Positions 1-8,732 of a DNA stretch of 26,351 nt are shown piece by piece; positions within the stretch are counted from its first letter, which is position 1, and each line of letters starts with the position of its first letter. A program made the translations under genes and the position numbers. Source of the DNA: a virus (taxonomy: Duplodnaviria > Caudoviricetes); IMG/VR virus record IMGVR_UViG_3300032218_000603, positions 1 to 26,351 of that record; one strand, given 5' to 3'. The notes below the pieces were generated by a model, which worked only from the letters and a program-made list of their open reading frames with translations, searched no databases and was not told the origin of the DNA.

Positions 1-104
1 CGGTATGGGTTTTTGAACCCAAGCATTTCAAAAAGATTTTGATAAAAATCAACCATCCCTTGTGGAGGGGTTGGATAACCATCGTTGTCTACTGCCTTAA
101 CCAT
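1..104 (-). CDS. Partial gene running off the left edge; hypothetical protein (MVKAVDNDGYPTPPQGMVDFYQNLFEMLGFKNPY...), possibly an internal virion protein
   Basis: ATG at 104 preceded by a GGAGG SD; open to the window edge; same strand as the operon; not in the ORF track. Confidence 0.6.
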   Translation of the reverse strand, partial: MVKAVDNDGYPTPPQGMVDFYQNLFEMLGFKNPY

Positions 105-161
105 TGCCGCCTCCGTAATTCCATAGAACTACACTAAAACCAAATTTTTTGATAGGGGTCA

Positions 162-533
162 TTATGTATATGTCAAGGATACAATAGACCCGGTCCCTGT
201 AATGATTGTCAATCCAGTCGCGAATGGTATTTGAATTTGATATATACCAATTCCTAACGTTGATGGAATTGCATAAATACGATTCCCTGTAGTCAAAGAT
301 GAGTTGTTTGTGTCATAAATATAGCCAGTGGTTGAACCGGCAGCAATGACACTAATCGTAGCCAGCCAACCATATGTGCTTTTAATTACTTTGGTTACAG
401 TTGTTGCGCTGCCAATTTCTTTGGTATTTACAGTGCCATAATATGCAGTTCGCAACTTATCATAGTTTGCGATAGTATTAAGGGCTATGACCCCGTTTTT
501 TTGCGTTGACAGAATATCGTCTAAACTAGCCAT
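162..533 (-). CDS. Hypothetical virion protein, 123 aa, Thr/Gly-rich
   Basis: ORF coupled to the nozzle gene by a TAATG overlap at 533; composition typical of structural proteins. Confidence 0.75.
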   Translation of the reverse strand: MASLDDILSTQKNGVIALNTIANYDKLRTAYYGTVNTKEIGSATTVTKVIKSTYGWLATISVIAAGSTTGYIYDTNNSSLTTGNRIYAIPSTLGIGIYQIQIPFATGLTIITGTGSIVSLTYT

Positions 534-2689
534 TAGTATTTCCCATCAGGTGCTGCACGATAACGGATTCCGCCAAGCCGCCAGAATGTTCCGGTGTCTT
601 GAGATGACAAACTAATCGCAATCAAACGCGCTCTAATTCGGCAGGAAATGTATTCCGTCGATTGCGTCATTGGAAACGTATCAGAATAAACTGTATTGCT
701 AGGAGCCCCAGAGTACGACCCAGTCGAAACTGTTGCGTCAGTAGCGTAATTTGTCCAATACAACGTCATATAAACCGTAGCGTTTTTGTCGCCGCTGTAT
801 GTTCCCCATTTCATATCAGGCCAAATTTGGTCAACAAACATAATTTGGTCACCTTCAGCAATGCTAAAAAAACCAGTCTGCATAGATGAAGGCATAGGTA
901 AAGTCGAACTTCCGGAGGCAGCATCATATCCTATTTCATGCTGATATAAGAAATTATCAGTTCCACTGCCAATTGGGGGGCCAAGGACGGATTGGTCAAT
1001 CCAAGCAGTACGACCAACAGAACAACTAGAAGTGTCCGACCCAAAATCCCATTGGTTAAGAACTGTGTTATACTTAACATATGAATCATTTTCTCCAACG
1101 CCGTTTACCGATGGATAGAACCACATAACTTCGTTAAATTGAGAATTTACCGCACACCGAATGTTTTGCGTATATGGTATTCCATTGTAATTGTTGCCGG
1201 GCAGCAAATTTTGAAAAATTACGTCCCATACCGGGCATGGAAGAGGTTTGGGACCATCTCCGGCATTTACAAAGAATTGTTTCTGCGACATCCAATAGAT
1301 TACGTTGCCAAGCTGTCCAACACACTTGCGGCTTATCGCGCCACAGTTGGAGCCAATTTTATTGAATCCATAAACAAGCGGCGGTCCAATATATTGCATA
1401 GCCCACACGTCAAGGTCAGTCCAAATAAGACCTTGTTGCGGTCCTTGCAAACAAGTAACAATTTGAGAGCCTGTAGGGATACGGTACGACCCAGCCTGAT
1501 TGGTTGCCGTTCCGATCCACGTACTTGAGTCTTCAACATCCGACCAACGAATTAGCATTGGATCGGGTTGAAGAGTAAATGATGATCCCCAAGCAACAAT
1601 TTGTCTTTGTGGCATAGCAACGAATATGCCATCGTTAACTAATGGGGAAAATTGTCCAACAATTTGGGCATTTTGCGTTTGGCCCTCTGGGCTCCAAGAA
1701 TAAATAGCACCGCCAGTTGGGTTGGCAACCAAGTTTTCACCAAAGTTATCCAAAGACCAGTCCGTTGCCATTATAGGTGTTCCGGGAACAGACGGTTGAC
1801 TTGTTCCGGAGCCAAAACCGCCCTGTCCAAATCCGCCAATACCAAACCCCGTTCCTGCCGGTTGAGGGCCAATTGCAATGTAAAAAGTTGCGTCGATAAG
1901 ACCGCCATTAATAGCAACTGAGGCTTGAGTGGATGATGCAGTATTAGCAGCAGAAAAAGTAAATTGACCGGCGGTTAACGACCCATTTGTAGCTGGCGTG
2001 TCAATAATTAGGTAAAGGCCAAACAAAGTTAAGCCTCCCACCGATGTGGGTACACCCACGTAAAAATTTCCTCCGGGTGCATATGTATTGTCTGCTAAAT
2101 ACCCTTTTACAATGGATGAACCACTAGTTGCTGAAAAGGTGTATGAAGCACCACCATTGGACACAGTAGAAGAAGCAAGAGAATTTGCAAATATTGTATA
2201 TGAATTACCTGATGCGGTTTGTATTTTATACGGTCCCGTTAAAACCATACCACCTACAGATACAGGAGTTACATAATTTACATAATCCAAAACAGATGCT
2301 GTGATATTAGAATCAATAACTGAAACAACATTTGAGTACGCAGTTGTTGAAAAATTAGGCGCTGTATCGGTAGTAAATACTTGAGGTGTTATATCGCTTG
2401 GAAAACTTACGTTTGATCCTGATATGTTTAATATGCTTAAAGAATTTTCTGCTCCAACCGCAAGATGGTTTAGCGCGTTTAAATCCGACCAGCCTTTTAA
2501 GGCGCGGATTGTACCTGTATACGCATAATTCAAATAAGCTACCCAACCACCCCATTTTTGAACAAGACCAAGATTGTTTCGGTCTGGCATAAATCGGATA
2601 AGATTCGTCGAAGAAAGCGCCGCCTCGTTTAAGGTCGGTGTTTTGATGACATCAACGCCCGGAGTAAGTTTAAGTGTTGAATGAGCCAT
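533..2689 (-). CDS. Tail nozzle / DNA-stabilisation protein (P22 gp10 or tail tubular protein B-like), 718 aa
   Basis: Size and position after the adaptor; beta-propeller-like segments (DPMLIRWSDVED, LIWTDLDVWAMQYIGPP, VIYWMS, NSQFNEVMWFYPS); C-terminal WRLGGIRYRAAPDGK. Confidence 0.75.
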   Translation of the reverse strand: MAHSTLKLTPGVDVIKTPTLNEAALSSTNLIRFMPDRNNLGLVQKWGGWVAYLNYAYTGTIRALKGWSDLNALNHLAVGAENSLSILNISGSNVSFPSDITPQVFTTDTAPNFSTTAYSNVVSVIDSNITASVLDYVNYVTPVSVGGMVLTGPYKIQTASGNSYTIFANSLASSTVSNGGASYTFSATSGSSIVKGYLADNTYAPGGNFYVGVPTSVGGLTLFGLYLIIDTPATNGSLTAGQFTFSAANTASSTQASVAINGGLIDATFYIAIGPQPAGTGFGIGGFGQGGFGSGTSQPSVPGTPIMATDWSLDNFGENLVANPTGGAIYSWSPEGQTQNAQIVGQFSPLVNDGIFVAMPQRQIVAWGSSFTLQPDPMLIRWSDVEDSSTWIGTATNQAGSYRIPTGSQIVTCLQGPQQGLIWTDLDVWAMQYIGPPLVYGFNKIGSNCGAISRKCVGQLGNVIYWMSQKQFFVNAGDGPKPLPCPVWDVIFQNLLPGNNYNGIPYTQNIRCAVNSQFNEVMWFYPSVNGVGENDSYVKYNTVLNQWDFGSDTSSCSVGRTAWIDQSVLGPPIGSGTDNFLYQHEIGYDAASGSSTLPMPSSMQTGFFSIAEGDQIMFVDQIWPDMKWGTYSGDKNATVYMTLYWTNYATDATVSTGSYSGAPSNTVYSDTFPMTQSTEYISCRIRARLIAISLSSQDTGTFWRLGGIRYRAAPDGKY

Positions 2690-2692
2690 TTG

Positions 2693-3415
2693 TTACCCCC
2701 GTTGTGGAGTAGCAACAGGAGAAGGCGATTGCGGACCCCATGCGGAAGATTGAAACTTCTTGCGGTATTCTTCCACGGTAGCGCCTTTAAGGAGCGTCTG
2801 ATACTGCTGCTCCCAATTTACCGGCATCTGTTGGTCTGCGCCTGTAGAAGAAAAATTGCGTTGATAACCACCGATGTAAACCATGCTGGCGGCAATAAAC
2901 AAATCAGGAAGATATGTTGAAATAAACGTGGTTGTTGTCGTTGCCGAAAGAGAGTCAGCGTGGACTGTACCCGTTAATGTTAATGGATAAGCTGCGTCAG
3001 GATACGGCCCAAGGAGAATGTTTTGGCTTGTGTTTCCAGTCGTGGCTGAATCGCCACCATAAACAGCGAAAAATTTTGGCACACCCGCGCTTGCGGTGCT
3101 GTTATAGACATTTTGAATGTACTCTTTTGCAACGGGTGTTAACGGAGTTAGCACACCAACGTTGTTGACTTGAATGGTTTGCAGCGTGATGAATGACGCA
3201 GCGGGGATTGTTAAAAGGTTATTGTTCTGAGTCGTTGAAAAAGATGTATCGTCGTAAACCTGAGACGACAGAAAATCCAGATCACGTATCATGCGCAATT
3301 CAGCGTATGATATTGCCATAGGCAATATGATCTGGAAATTCGTGTCGGATGAAGGAACAACCGCCAGCGTAGAAATCTGTTGTACGTAAGAACTATACGT
3401 CAAGCCGGTTGTCAT
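2693..3415 (-). CDS. Head-tail adaptor-like protein (tail tubular protein A-type), 240 aa
   Basis: N-terminal LTYSSY...AELRMIRDL helices, GVPKFFAVY and LGPYPD motifs, T(F)ISTYLPDL; lies directly upstream of the nozzle. Confidence 0.65.
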   Translation of the reverse strand: MTTGLTYSSYVQQISTLAVVPSSDTNFQIILPMAISYAELRMIRDLDFLSSQVYDDTSFSTTQNNNLLTIPAASFITLQTIQVNNVGVLTPLTPVAKEYIQNVYNSTASAGVPKFFAVYGGDSATTGNTSQNILLGPYPDAAYPLTLTGTVHADSLSATTTTTFISTYLPDLFIAASMVYIGGYQRNFSSTGADQQMPVNWEQQYQTLLKGATVEEYRKKFQSSAWGPQSPSPVATPQRG

Positions 3416-3427
3416 GTTTAACTGTCC

Positions 3428-3619
3428 TTATTCTGCTGGCGCTTCTTGGCTAACAGGAATAGAAGCAGTTGCTGTTTCAACCTGTGGTTTTGCCTGTGAA
3501 TGTAACAAAGCAATAAGGTCAGCAACTTCAACATACACACCGTTAGATAGGTGTTTTAAAACCATATTGACGTGAGCAACAGTAAGTTTCAATTCAATTT
3601 CAAGATTTTCCATGTTCAT
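3428..3619 (-). CDS. Small hypothetical protein, 63 aa (start may be the second Met)
   Basis: LKLTVAHVNMVL...Y.EVADLI...QA.PQ pattern that I recall from small genes following phage fibre genes; ATGA overlap with the upstream gene. Confidence 0.7.
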   Translation of the reverse strand: MNMENLEIELKLTVAHVNMVLKHLSNGVYVEVADLIALLHSQAKPQVETATASIPVSQEAPAE

Positions 3620-3930
3620 TTCCCGTATGGTGGACTTTGTGGCTGTACTTGTGGTGCAGAGATGTGTTGAATTTGCAATGCAATGTTTGCTTCAACTCCC
3701 GGTATACTAATGGAATCAGACACCCATTGGAACGCCATAGCTTGCGTAATTTGATCGTATGGAACAAATTCTGCCGGATTTGGCGTACCAAGCCGTACTG
3801 TACCAGAACTTGATGAACTTACCAACCCATCTGTTCCAGTACATACCCAATTTATAGCTGTTACTACGTTGGTTAAACCATCATAGTAAGGAGAAACAAT
3901 AAATTGAGGAAATTCCCATGTAAATTGCAT
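3616..3930 (-). CDS. Tail-fibre-associated hypothetical protein (resembles the DUF7936 family)
   Basis: MQFTW...DGLTNVVTAINWVCTGTDG...FVPYDQIT...WV...VEANIALQI pattern; ATG at 3930 preferred over TTG at 3948 because of a TAATG coupling. Confidence 0.65.
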   Translation of the reverse strand: MQFTWEFPQFIVSPYYDGLTNVVTAINWVCTGTDGLVSSSSSGTVRLGTPNPAEFVPYDQITQAMAFQWVSDSISIPGVEANIALQIQHISAPQVQPQSPPYGK

Positions 3931-4010
3931 TAACGAAGTTCCGCCCAATCAACCTCTAGCCGATCAACCATAACCATTAAACCGCCGATAGTAAAATTTT
4001 TATCACCCAT
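3930..4010 (-). CDS. 26-aa mini-ORF MGDKNFTIGGLMVMVDRLEVDWAELR
   Basis: AAGGA SD overlapping the HNH stop; ATG at 4010; TAA overlaps the next ATG (TAATG). Confidence 0.4.
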   Translation of the reverse strand: MGDKNFTIGGLMVMVDRLEVDWAELR

Positions 4011-4022
4011 GTATATTGTTCC

Positions 4023-4457
4023 TTATGGATGGGTAGCTTTATATGCGTCAAAATCTGCTTTAAGTTCTTTCTTGCGTCCTTTGTTCCAAACCGAAACCTT
4101 TAAAACGCGATAGGCATGTAAACCATTTTCAGACACTGTAACCCATTCAAGATTGTCTACACAATTGTTGTGTTTGCTTCCATCTTTATGGTTTACCTGT
4201 GGTTTGTTTGATTCATTGGGAATAAATGCTCTTGCGACTAGGCGGTGTACATTATGGTTGCTTTTAATGCCGTCAACACAAAAGCTAACAATCAAATATC
4301 CACTTTTGCTTTTTCCTTGTTTTAACAATTTGGAAGGAGAGCGTCGCAAACCATTGTGAAGACGGTTAAGAACCATTCTTTCAATAGACCTAACATTTCC
4401 AAAGTTGCTCACTTCGTAATGCGTTTCAAAACCTGAACATGGATGCCAAATTTCCAT
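4023..4457 (-). CDS. NUMOD4-HNH homing endonuclease, 144 aa
   Basis: NUMOD4 motif EIWHPCSGFETHYEVSNFGNVRS; HNH motif VHRLVARAFIPN...VNHKDGSKHNNCVDNLEWVT..EN..HA. Confidence 0.93.
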   Translation of the reverse strand: MEIWHPCSGFETHYEVSNFGNVRSIERMVLNRLHNGLRRSPSKLLKQGKSKSGYLIVSFCVDGIKSNHNVHRLVARAFIPNESNKPQVNHKDGSKHNNCVDNLEWVTVSENGLHAYRVLKVSVWNKGRKKELKADFDAYKATHP

Positions 4458-5758
4458 TATTTTTCCTCCAATGCGGCAATACGGGCGGTCAAGGCACTGA
4501 TGGTGACTTGTTGCTCTTGAATGGCGGCAACAAGATGCACAACAACCTTGCTGTAATCAACACCTTGGTAAATTGGCTTACCATCTGCATCTATGGCATC
4601 TTTTGTGCCAGTCACTGCATGGGGAATAACTGCTTGTAACTCATGGGCGATAAAACCTTCGCCCTGTGATTTGTCGCTAATCCAATTATAGGTGACAGGC
4701 TTCAATGCGCTGACCGTTGCAAGGCCAGCTGTTATTGGAATGACATTTTCTTTTAAGCGGTAATCGGATGATGTGTTGTATGCGGTTGCAGAACCAGTAA
4801 CAGAAATGGTGCCAACTACTGTCCCAGAATAACGAAATTCTGCAATACTTCCAGTCGTGGTCGTTCTATTCAAAATCAGCGCATTATCGCTAGTAGCAAG
4901 AACATCAAGACTCGCACTATTTCTGTAGCATAATCCTTTGCCGGTTGTTTGAGCGTATAAATTTGTAAGAGTCGTCCCCACCAGCAGATTGCCGGAGGCA
5001 TCAAGTCTCATTTTTTCATCTGCGGTTGTGAAGTCACCGGCTGCACCAGAATTGTTATTGTAAAATGCTAATGCTCCGCCACCAAAAGCAAAACCACGGA
5101 CTAAACCAATACCAGCTTTGGTAGATGACGTTTCACCAGAACCCGCTGTATTAAAACCAATAGCCGCAACACCAGTACTATTATTAAAATTATGAACAAC
5201 CGACTCAATCTGAAGACTGCTAGATGCTGCATAAACTTCTAATTTATACCCCGGCGAAGTCGTCCCAATGCCTACGTTGCCGGATGTTGTAGCAAGATTA
5301 GTGTTACCCAAAACAGTTAATGTTGCAAAGCTGTTTGATAAACCATCATTAGTATAACGAATGTTTGTGCCATCAGAGTAAACAGAAATATTGAAACCTT
5401 GCGGGGCTTTAACGGTAGTCCCGCCGCCAGCCGACGATACTGTAATTGTAAACGCACCAGATGTTGAATTATAAATAATCCATTGACCAGCAATACCCGC
5501 CGGGAACTGCAATGTTTGATTGGCGGACAAAGCACCCGTAAGAGCGATCCGCATAGCTTGTGTTTGGCCTACCGAAACACTAGAGTTTGGACCCGTTAAT
5601 GTGGTTGTAGCAGATGCTCCAGTAGGCATGGAAACCGAAGTTGTATTACCTAAAACAGAATCAAGAATTGTTTCGTTAAAATTTAACGGCTGATCCCAAA
5701 TATTAGTATAAGTATTGTTTGCTGGTTGGTTAAGGCCAATATTTGTTGTCGTACTCAT
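4457..5758 (-). CDS. Tail fibre/spike with C-terminal intramolecular chaperone (peptidase S74-like auto-cleaving) domain, 433 aa
   Basis: GNVGIGTTSP and MRLDASGNLLVGTT fibre repeats; YNTS/SDYRLKENV cleavage motif; GFIAHELQAVIP; VDYSKVVVHLVAAIQEQ coiled coil. Confidence 0.9.
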   Translation of the reverse strand: MSTTTNIGLNQPANNTYTNIWDQPLNFNETILDSVLGNTTSVSMPTGASATTTLTGPNSSVSVGQTQAMRIALTGALSANQTLQFPAGIAGQWIIYNSTSGAFTITVSSAGGGTTVKAPQGFNISVYSDGTNIRYTNDGLSNSFATLTVLGNTNLATTSGNVGIGTTSPGYKLEVYAASSSLQIESVVHNFNNSTGVAAIGFNTAGSGETSSTKAGIGLVRGFAFGGGALAFYNNNSGAAGDFTTADEKMRLDASGNLLVGTTLTNLYAQTTGKGLCYRNSASLDVLATSDNALILNRTTTTGSIAEFRYSGTVVGTISVTGSATAYNTSSDYRLKENVIPITAGLATVSALKPVTYNWISDKSQGEGFIAHELQAVIPHAVTGTKDAIDADGKPIYQGVDYSKVVVHLVAAIQEQQVTISALTARIAALEEK

Positions 5759-5997
5759 GGCTTATCAACCTTCTGTTCTAAACGGTCAAATATCTTGGTC
5801 AACATGGCTTCAATTCGGTTTAGATGTGAAGTTAGGTCATCTTTGCTGACGTATTTTGTAGGCAAATCAACCCGTATGTCATTAATCATTTGACGATCTT
5901 TTTTAACGTCATTGACGATCTGAGCATAAAAATACCCAACTGACGCAAACCCTGCGGTAATTAGAAGATTAACAATTTGTTGCCAATCCATTGTCAT
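5755..5997 (-). CDS. Small membrane protein, holin-like (one N-terminal TM helix plus coiled coil)
   Basis: Hydrophobic IVNLLITAGFASVGYFYA followed by a charged helical tail (LPTKYVSKDD...KIFDRLEQKVDK). Confidence 0.55.
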   Translation of the reverse strand: MTMDWQQIVNLLITAGFASVGYFYAQIVNDVKKDRQMINDIRVDLPTKYVSKDDLTSHLNRIEAMLTKIFDRLEQKVDKP

Positions 5998-6027
5998 AAT
6001 AGCACCAAAGTGTATGTGTTTGCCATG

Positions 6028-8730
6028 TTAGCTGATCCTGTAGAGTGAATAAGTAGCCACACCTGTTTTTCTGGCACGGAAACGGGCAAAGCTGTTTGCT
6101 GTTGCTCCCGTTGCCATTGAACCAACAAGCGTCCAACCCGTATTGGTCAACAACGTGATGGCAAATGCAGCTGTTGTAAAAACAACAATTTCAAAATTGT
6201 AACCAGTTGCCGCATTGGTCAATTCGGTATCCAGAGCCGAAGCCAATGGAAGCGTGTAAGAAGCCGTTGCAGTAGGCGTTCCCACAATAAATCCAGATGC
6301 CACCTGTGTTGCTGTAAGCGTAACAGTGTTAGTTGCTGTGGATGTTGTGGTAGCCATAACGCCACCAAGGCCAAAGCTATACCCGCCTAGATAGCTATTG
6401 GCTGTGCTAGCCAAGTACAAAGCAAAACGGTTTGTTCCGGAGCCCATATTGCTTAAAAAACCATAAGCATTGGTAATTGTACCCGCAGCAGTGCCGTTTG
6501 TACCAATTCCACTATCAGCAACAAAACCATATTGGTTGGTTATCGTTCCAGCAGCCACTACGGTTGTTGGGTTTGCCCAAAAATGAATTTGGTTTGTTTG
6601 AGTATATACTGCGCCAGATAAATAAAGTGACGATTGAAAACCAGCCGCTGTGTTTGTTGCGGTAACAATATTGTTTGCAAAAACCGAAGTTGCGCTTGAA
6701 TTAGCGCCACTTGGCAAAGTATTACCAAGTGAAATACCAGTTGATGTTGTTGCAGTAGCCCCAATACCAAGGTTTCCAGCCATGTAATTGAGAGCCGTTC
6801 CTCCCATGTATAGATTCCAACGGTTTGTTGCTGCTGCGATGTTACCGTAAAAACCATAGGCATTGGTGACAGTTGCTGCACCAGCCGTGCCAAGGGTAGA
6901 TTCAGCGTTAAAACCAAATTGATTGCTAATTGTTGATCCTGCACCGCCAGCATTAGGGCTTGCATTAAAATGAATTGCATTTGTTGTAGTAAACGCTGCG
7001 GCAGCTAATGAAATTTGTGACGCATAACCAAATGCTCCAGATGTTACGCCAGACTGCACAACACCGCTATTTAAATGAGCATATGCAGATGTAGCACCCG
7101 TAATTAGGGCGTTTGTTAAAAGATTTACACCAGTTGAGGTGCTGGTTCCAATACCCACTTGGCCTGACGTATCAATTGTCATACGAGTGGACTGGCTGCC
7201 CGTCTTGAAAATGATGCTATCAGTTGTACCCACACCAGACGTAGATTCCAATGTCAGTGTGGACGATGCTGCCGTACCGCCAATAACCAATGGCGTTGTA
7301 AGTGACGTAGTTAGCGTTGGTGAGGCAGAGTAAGCCGGAGCAACACCAACACCTCCTGAAACTAATACAGAGCCAGTGGCAACATCCGCCAATTTTGATA
7401 AAGCAGTTGTTGTGGAGGCGTATAGTAAATCACCAACCGCATATAACGATTGACCTGTACCGCCGTTAGCCGCGACAAGAGTACCAGCAACGGTAACCGC
7501 ACCCGTTGTTGCGGTTGATGGAGTAAGGCCCGTTGTGCCAAAAGAAATTGAAGTTACGGCGGCAGTGGATGGAATAGCACCCCAAGATGGTGCGCCGCTT
7601 GTTGTAGCCACAAGCACCTGTCCAGTAGTACCCGCTGCTGTAACGCCCAATGCACTTGTAGTGTTACCGTAAATTACACCGTTAGCTGTAAACGTTCCTG
7701 CGCCTGTTCCGCCAGAACTAACAGCCAGTGCCGTGCCAAGCGAAAACACGCCAGCCGATGAGATCGTAGCCGCATCCGTTGCGCCACCATTGACTACAAA
7801 GTGAATTGCGTTGGCTGTCGTGGTTCCGATGGCAAGGTCGGCGGACGTTGCATCTAAATAAACAGTACTAGCTGCGTTAAATGCGCCCGTTCCCGTGAAC
7901 CCAGAAGAGTTCATGCCAAACTCACCAAAATAAGTTGATGCTGTGCCAAGGTTATTGGACACTAGAATGTTTGTTGAAGCAGATGCTCCAGCATTAGTAT
8001 TTTGAACAACAATTTGCGTGTAGTTATTTACCGAAGACGCAAATGACGCATAGATATTTATATCGGAATAGCCCAGCGTGCCGTAAGCATACGCGCCTTG
8101 GCTTCTTGATCCCGTAATCGTGCCGTTGGCAATAAAGAACCCGGATGTCGTTGTGCCGCTAATGGTTGGCGACGACGAGTAAGATGGAGCCGCACCTACG
8201 CCACCAGAAATTAACACCGATCCTGTAGCTACATCAGCAAGTTTGGAAAGAGCCGTGGAGGACGATGCGTATAGCAAATCACCGATTGTGTAGGATGATT
8301 GTCCCGTTCCGCCGTTGGCCGCTACAAGCGTACCCGCAACCGTGATGACACCAGCCGTATCCGTAGAAGGTGTAAGACCCGTAGTGCCAAACGAAACAGA
8401 ATCAACACCCGCCGTGACAGGGATTGTTGGTTGCCACGTTGGAGCAGAACCGGCGGACCCTACAAGGACGTAGTTTGTTCCGGTGGGGGGCGTTACTGTA
8501 CCAACGGGGCTTGTCCCATTGCCGTACAGTATGCCAAAAGATGTTAATGTTGCATCGCCCGTACCACCCGCAATAACAGGTAATGGTGAAATCCCACCGC
8601 CGCCTCTTGATAAACTGACGATCTGCCCCGTGGTAATTTGTACGGATGTGCTGTTTTGCACTCCAAGAAGTGGCTCAGTACCGTTTAAACCGGTTACCGT
8701 AGGAAGATTGGTTAATGTAATATTTGCCAT
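6028..8730 (-). CDS. Long fibre protein, 900 aa, with internal repeats
   Basis: G/T/A/S-rich; LxVxxGGTG repeats; GQVGIGT repeats; N-terminal ITLTNLP...LNGTE...VQN motif seen in fibre proteins. Confidence 0.8.
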   Translation of the reverse strand: MANITLTNLPTVTGLNGTEPLLGVQNSTSVQITTGQIVSLSRGGGGISPLPVIAGGTGDATLTSFGILYGNGTSPVGTVTPPTGTNYVLVGSAGSAPTWQPTIPVTAGVDSVSFGTTGLTPSTDTAGVITVAGTLVAANGGTGQSSYTIGDLLYASSSTALSKLADVATGSVLISGGVGAAPSYSSSPTISGTTTSGFFIANGTITGSRSQGAYAYGTLGYSDINIYASFASSVNNYTQIVVQNTNAGASASTNILVSNNLGTASTYFGEFGMNSSGFTGTGAFNAASTVYLDATSADLAIGTTTANAIHFVVNGGATDAATISSAGVFSLGTALAVSSGGTGAGTFTANGVIYGNTTSALGVTAAGTTGQVLVATTSGAPSWGAIPSTAAVTSISFGTTGLTPSTATTGAVTVAGTLVAANGGTGQSLYAVGDLLYASTTTALSKLADVATGSVLVSGGVGVAPAYSASPTLTTSLTTPLVIGGTAASSTLTLESTSGVGTTDSIIFKTGSQSTRMTIDTSGQVGIGTSTSTGVNLLTNALITGATSAYAHLNSGVVQSGVTSGAFGYASQISLAAAAFTTTNAIHFNASPNAGGAGSTISNQFGFNAESTLGTAGAATVTNAYGFYGNIAAATNRWNLYMGGTALNYMAGNLGIGATATTSTGISLGNTLPSGANSSATSVFANNIVTATNTAAGFQSSLYLSGAVYTQTNQIHFWANPTTVVAAGTITNQYGFVADSGIGTNGTAAGTITNAYGFLSNMGSGTNRFALYLASTANSYLGGYSFGLGGVMATTTSTATNTVTLTATQVASGFIVGTPTATASYTLPLASALDTELTNAATGYNFEIVVFTTAAFAITLLTNTGWTLVGSMATGATANSFARFRARKTGVATYSLYRIS
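7310..8583 (-). repeat. Two copies of a ~140-aa unit within the long fibre (about 8161-8583 and 7310-7728)
   Basis: SFGTTGLTPST...TVAGTLVAANGGTGQS.Y..GDLLYAS..TALSKLADVATGSVL.SGGVG.AP.YS.SPT occurs twice. Confidence 0.9.
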
Positions 8731-8732
8731 TC

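Noticed and set aside
4071-4519. Group I intron explanation for the HNH insert (upstream exon would end in U, insert in G)
   Set aside because: The 449 nt are entirely coding, no P7/R-S core elements are visible, and the fibre already has an intact coiled-coil end without splicing
5989-5997. Met-Thr-Met as a lambda-S-type dual-start motif
   Set aside because: No basic residue between the Mets and no structured initiation site; the holin call itself is uncertain
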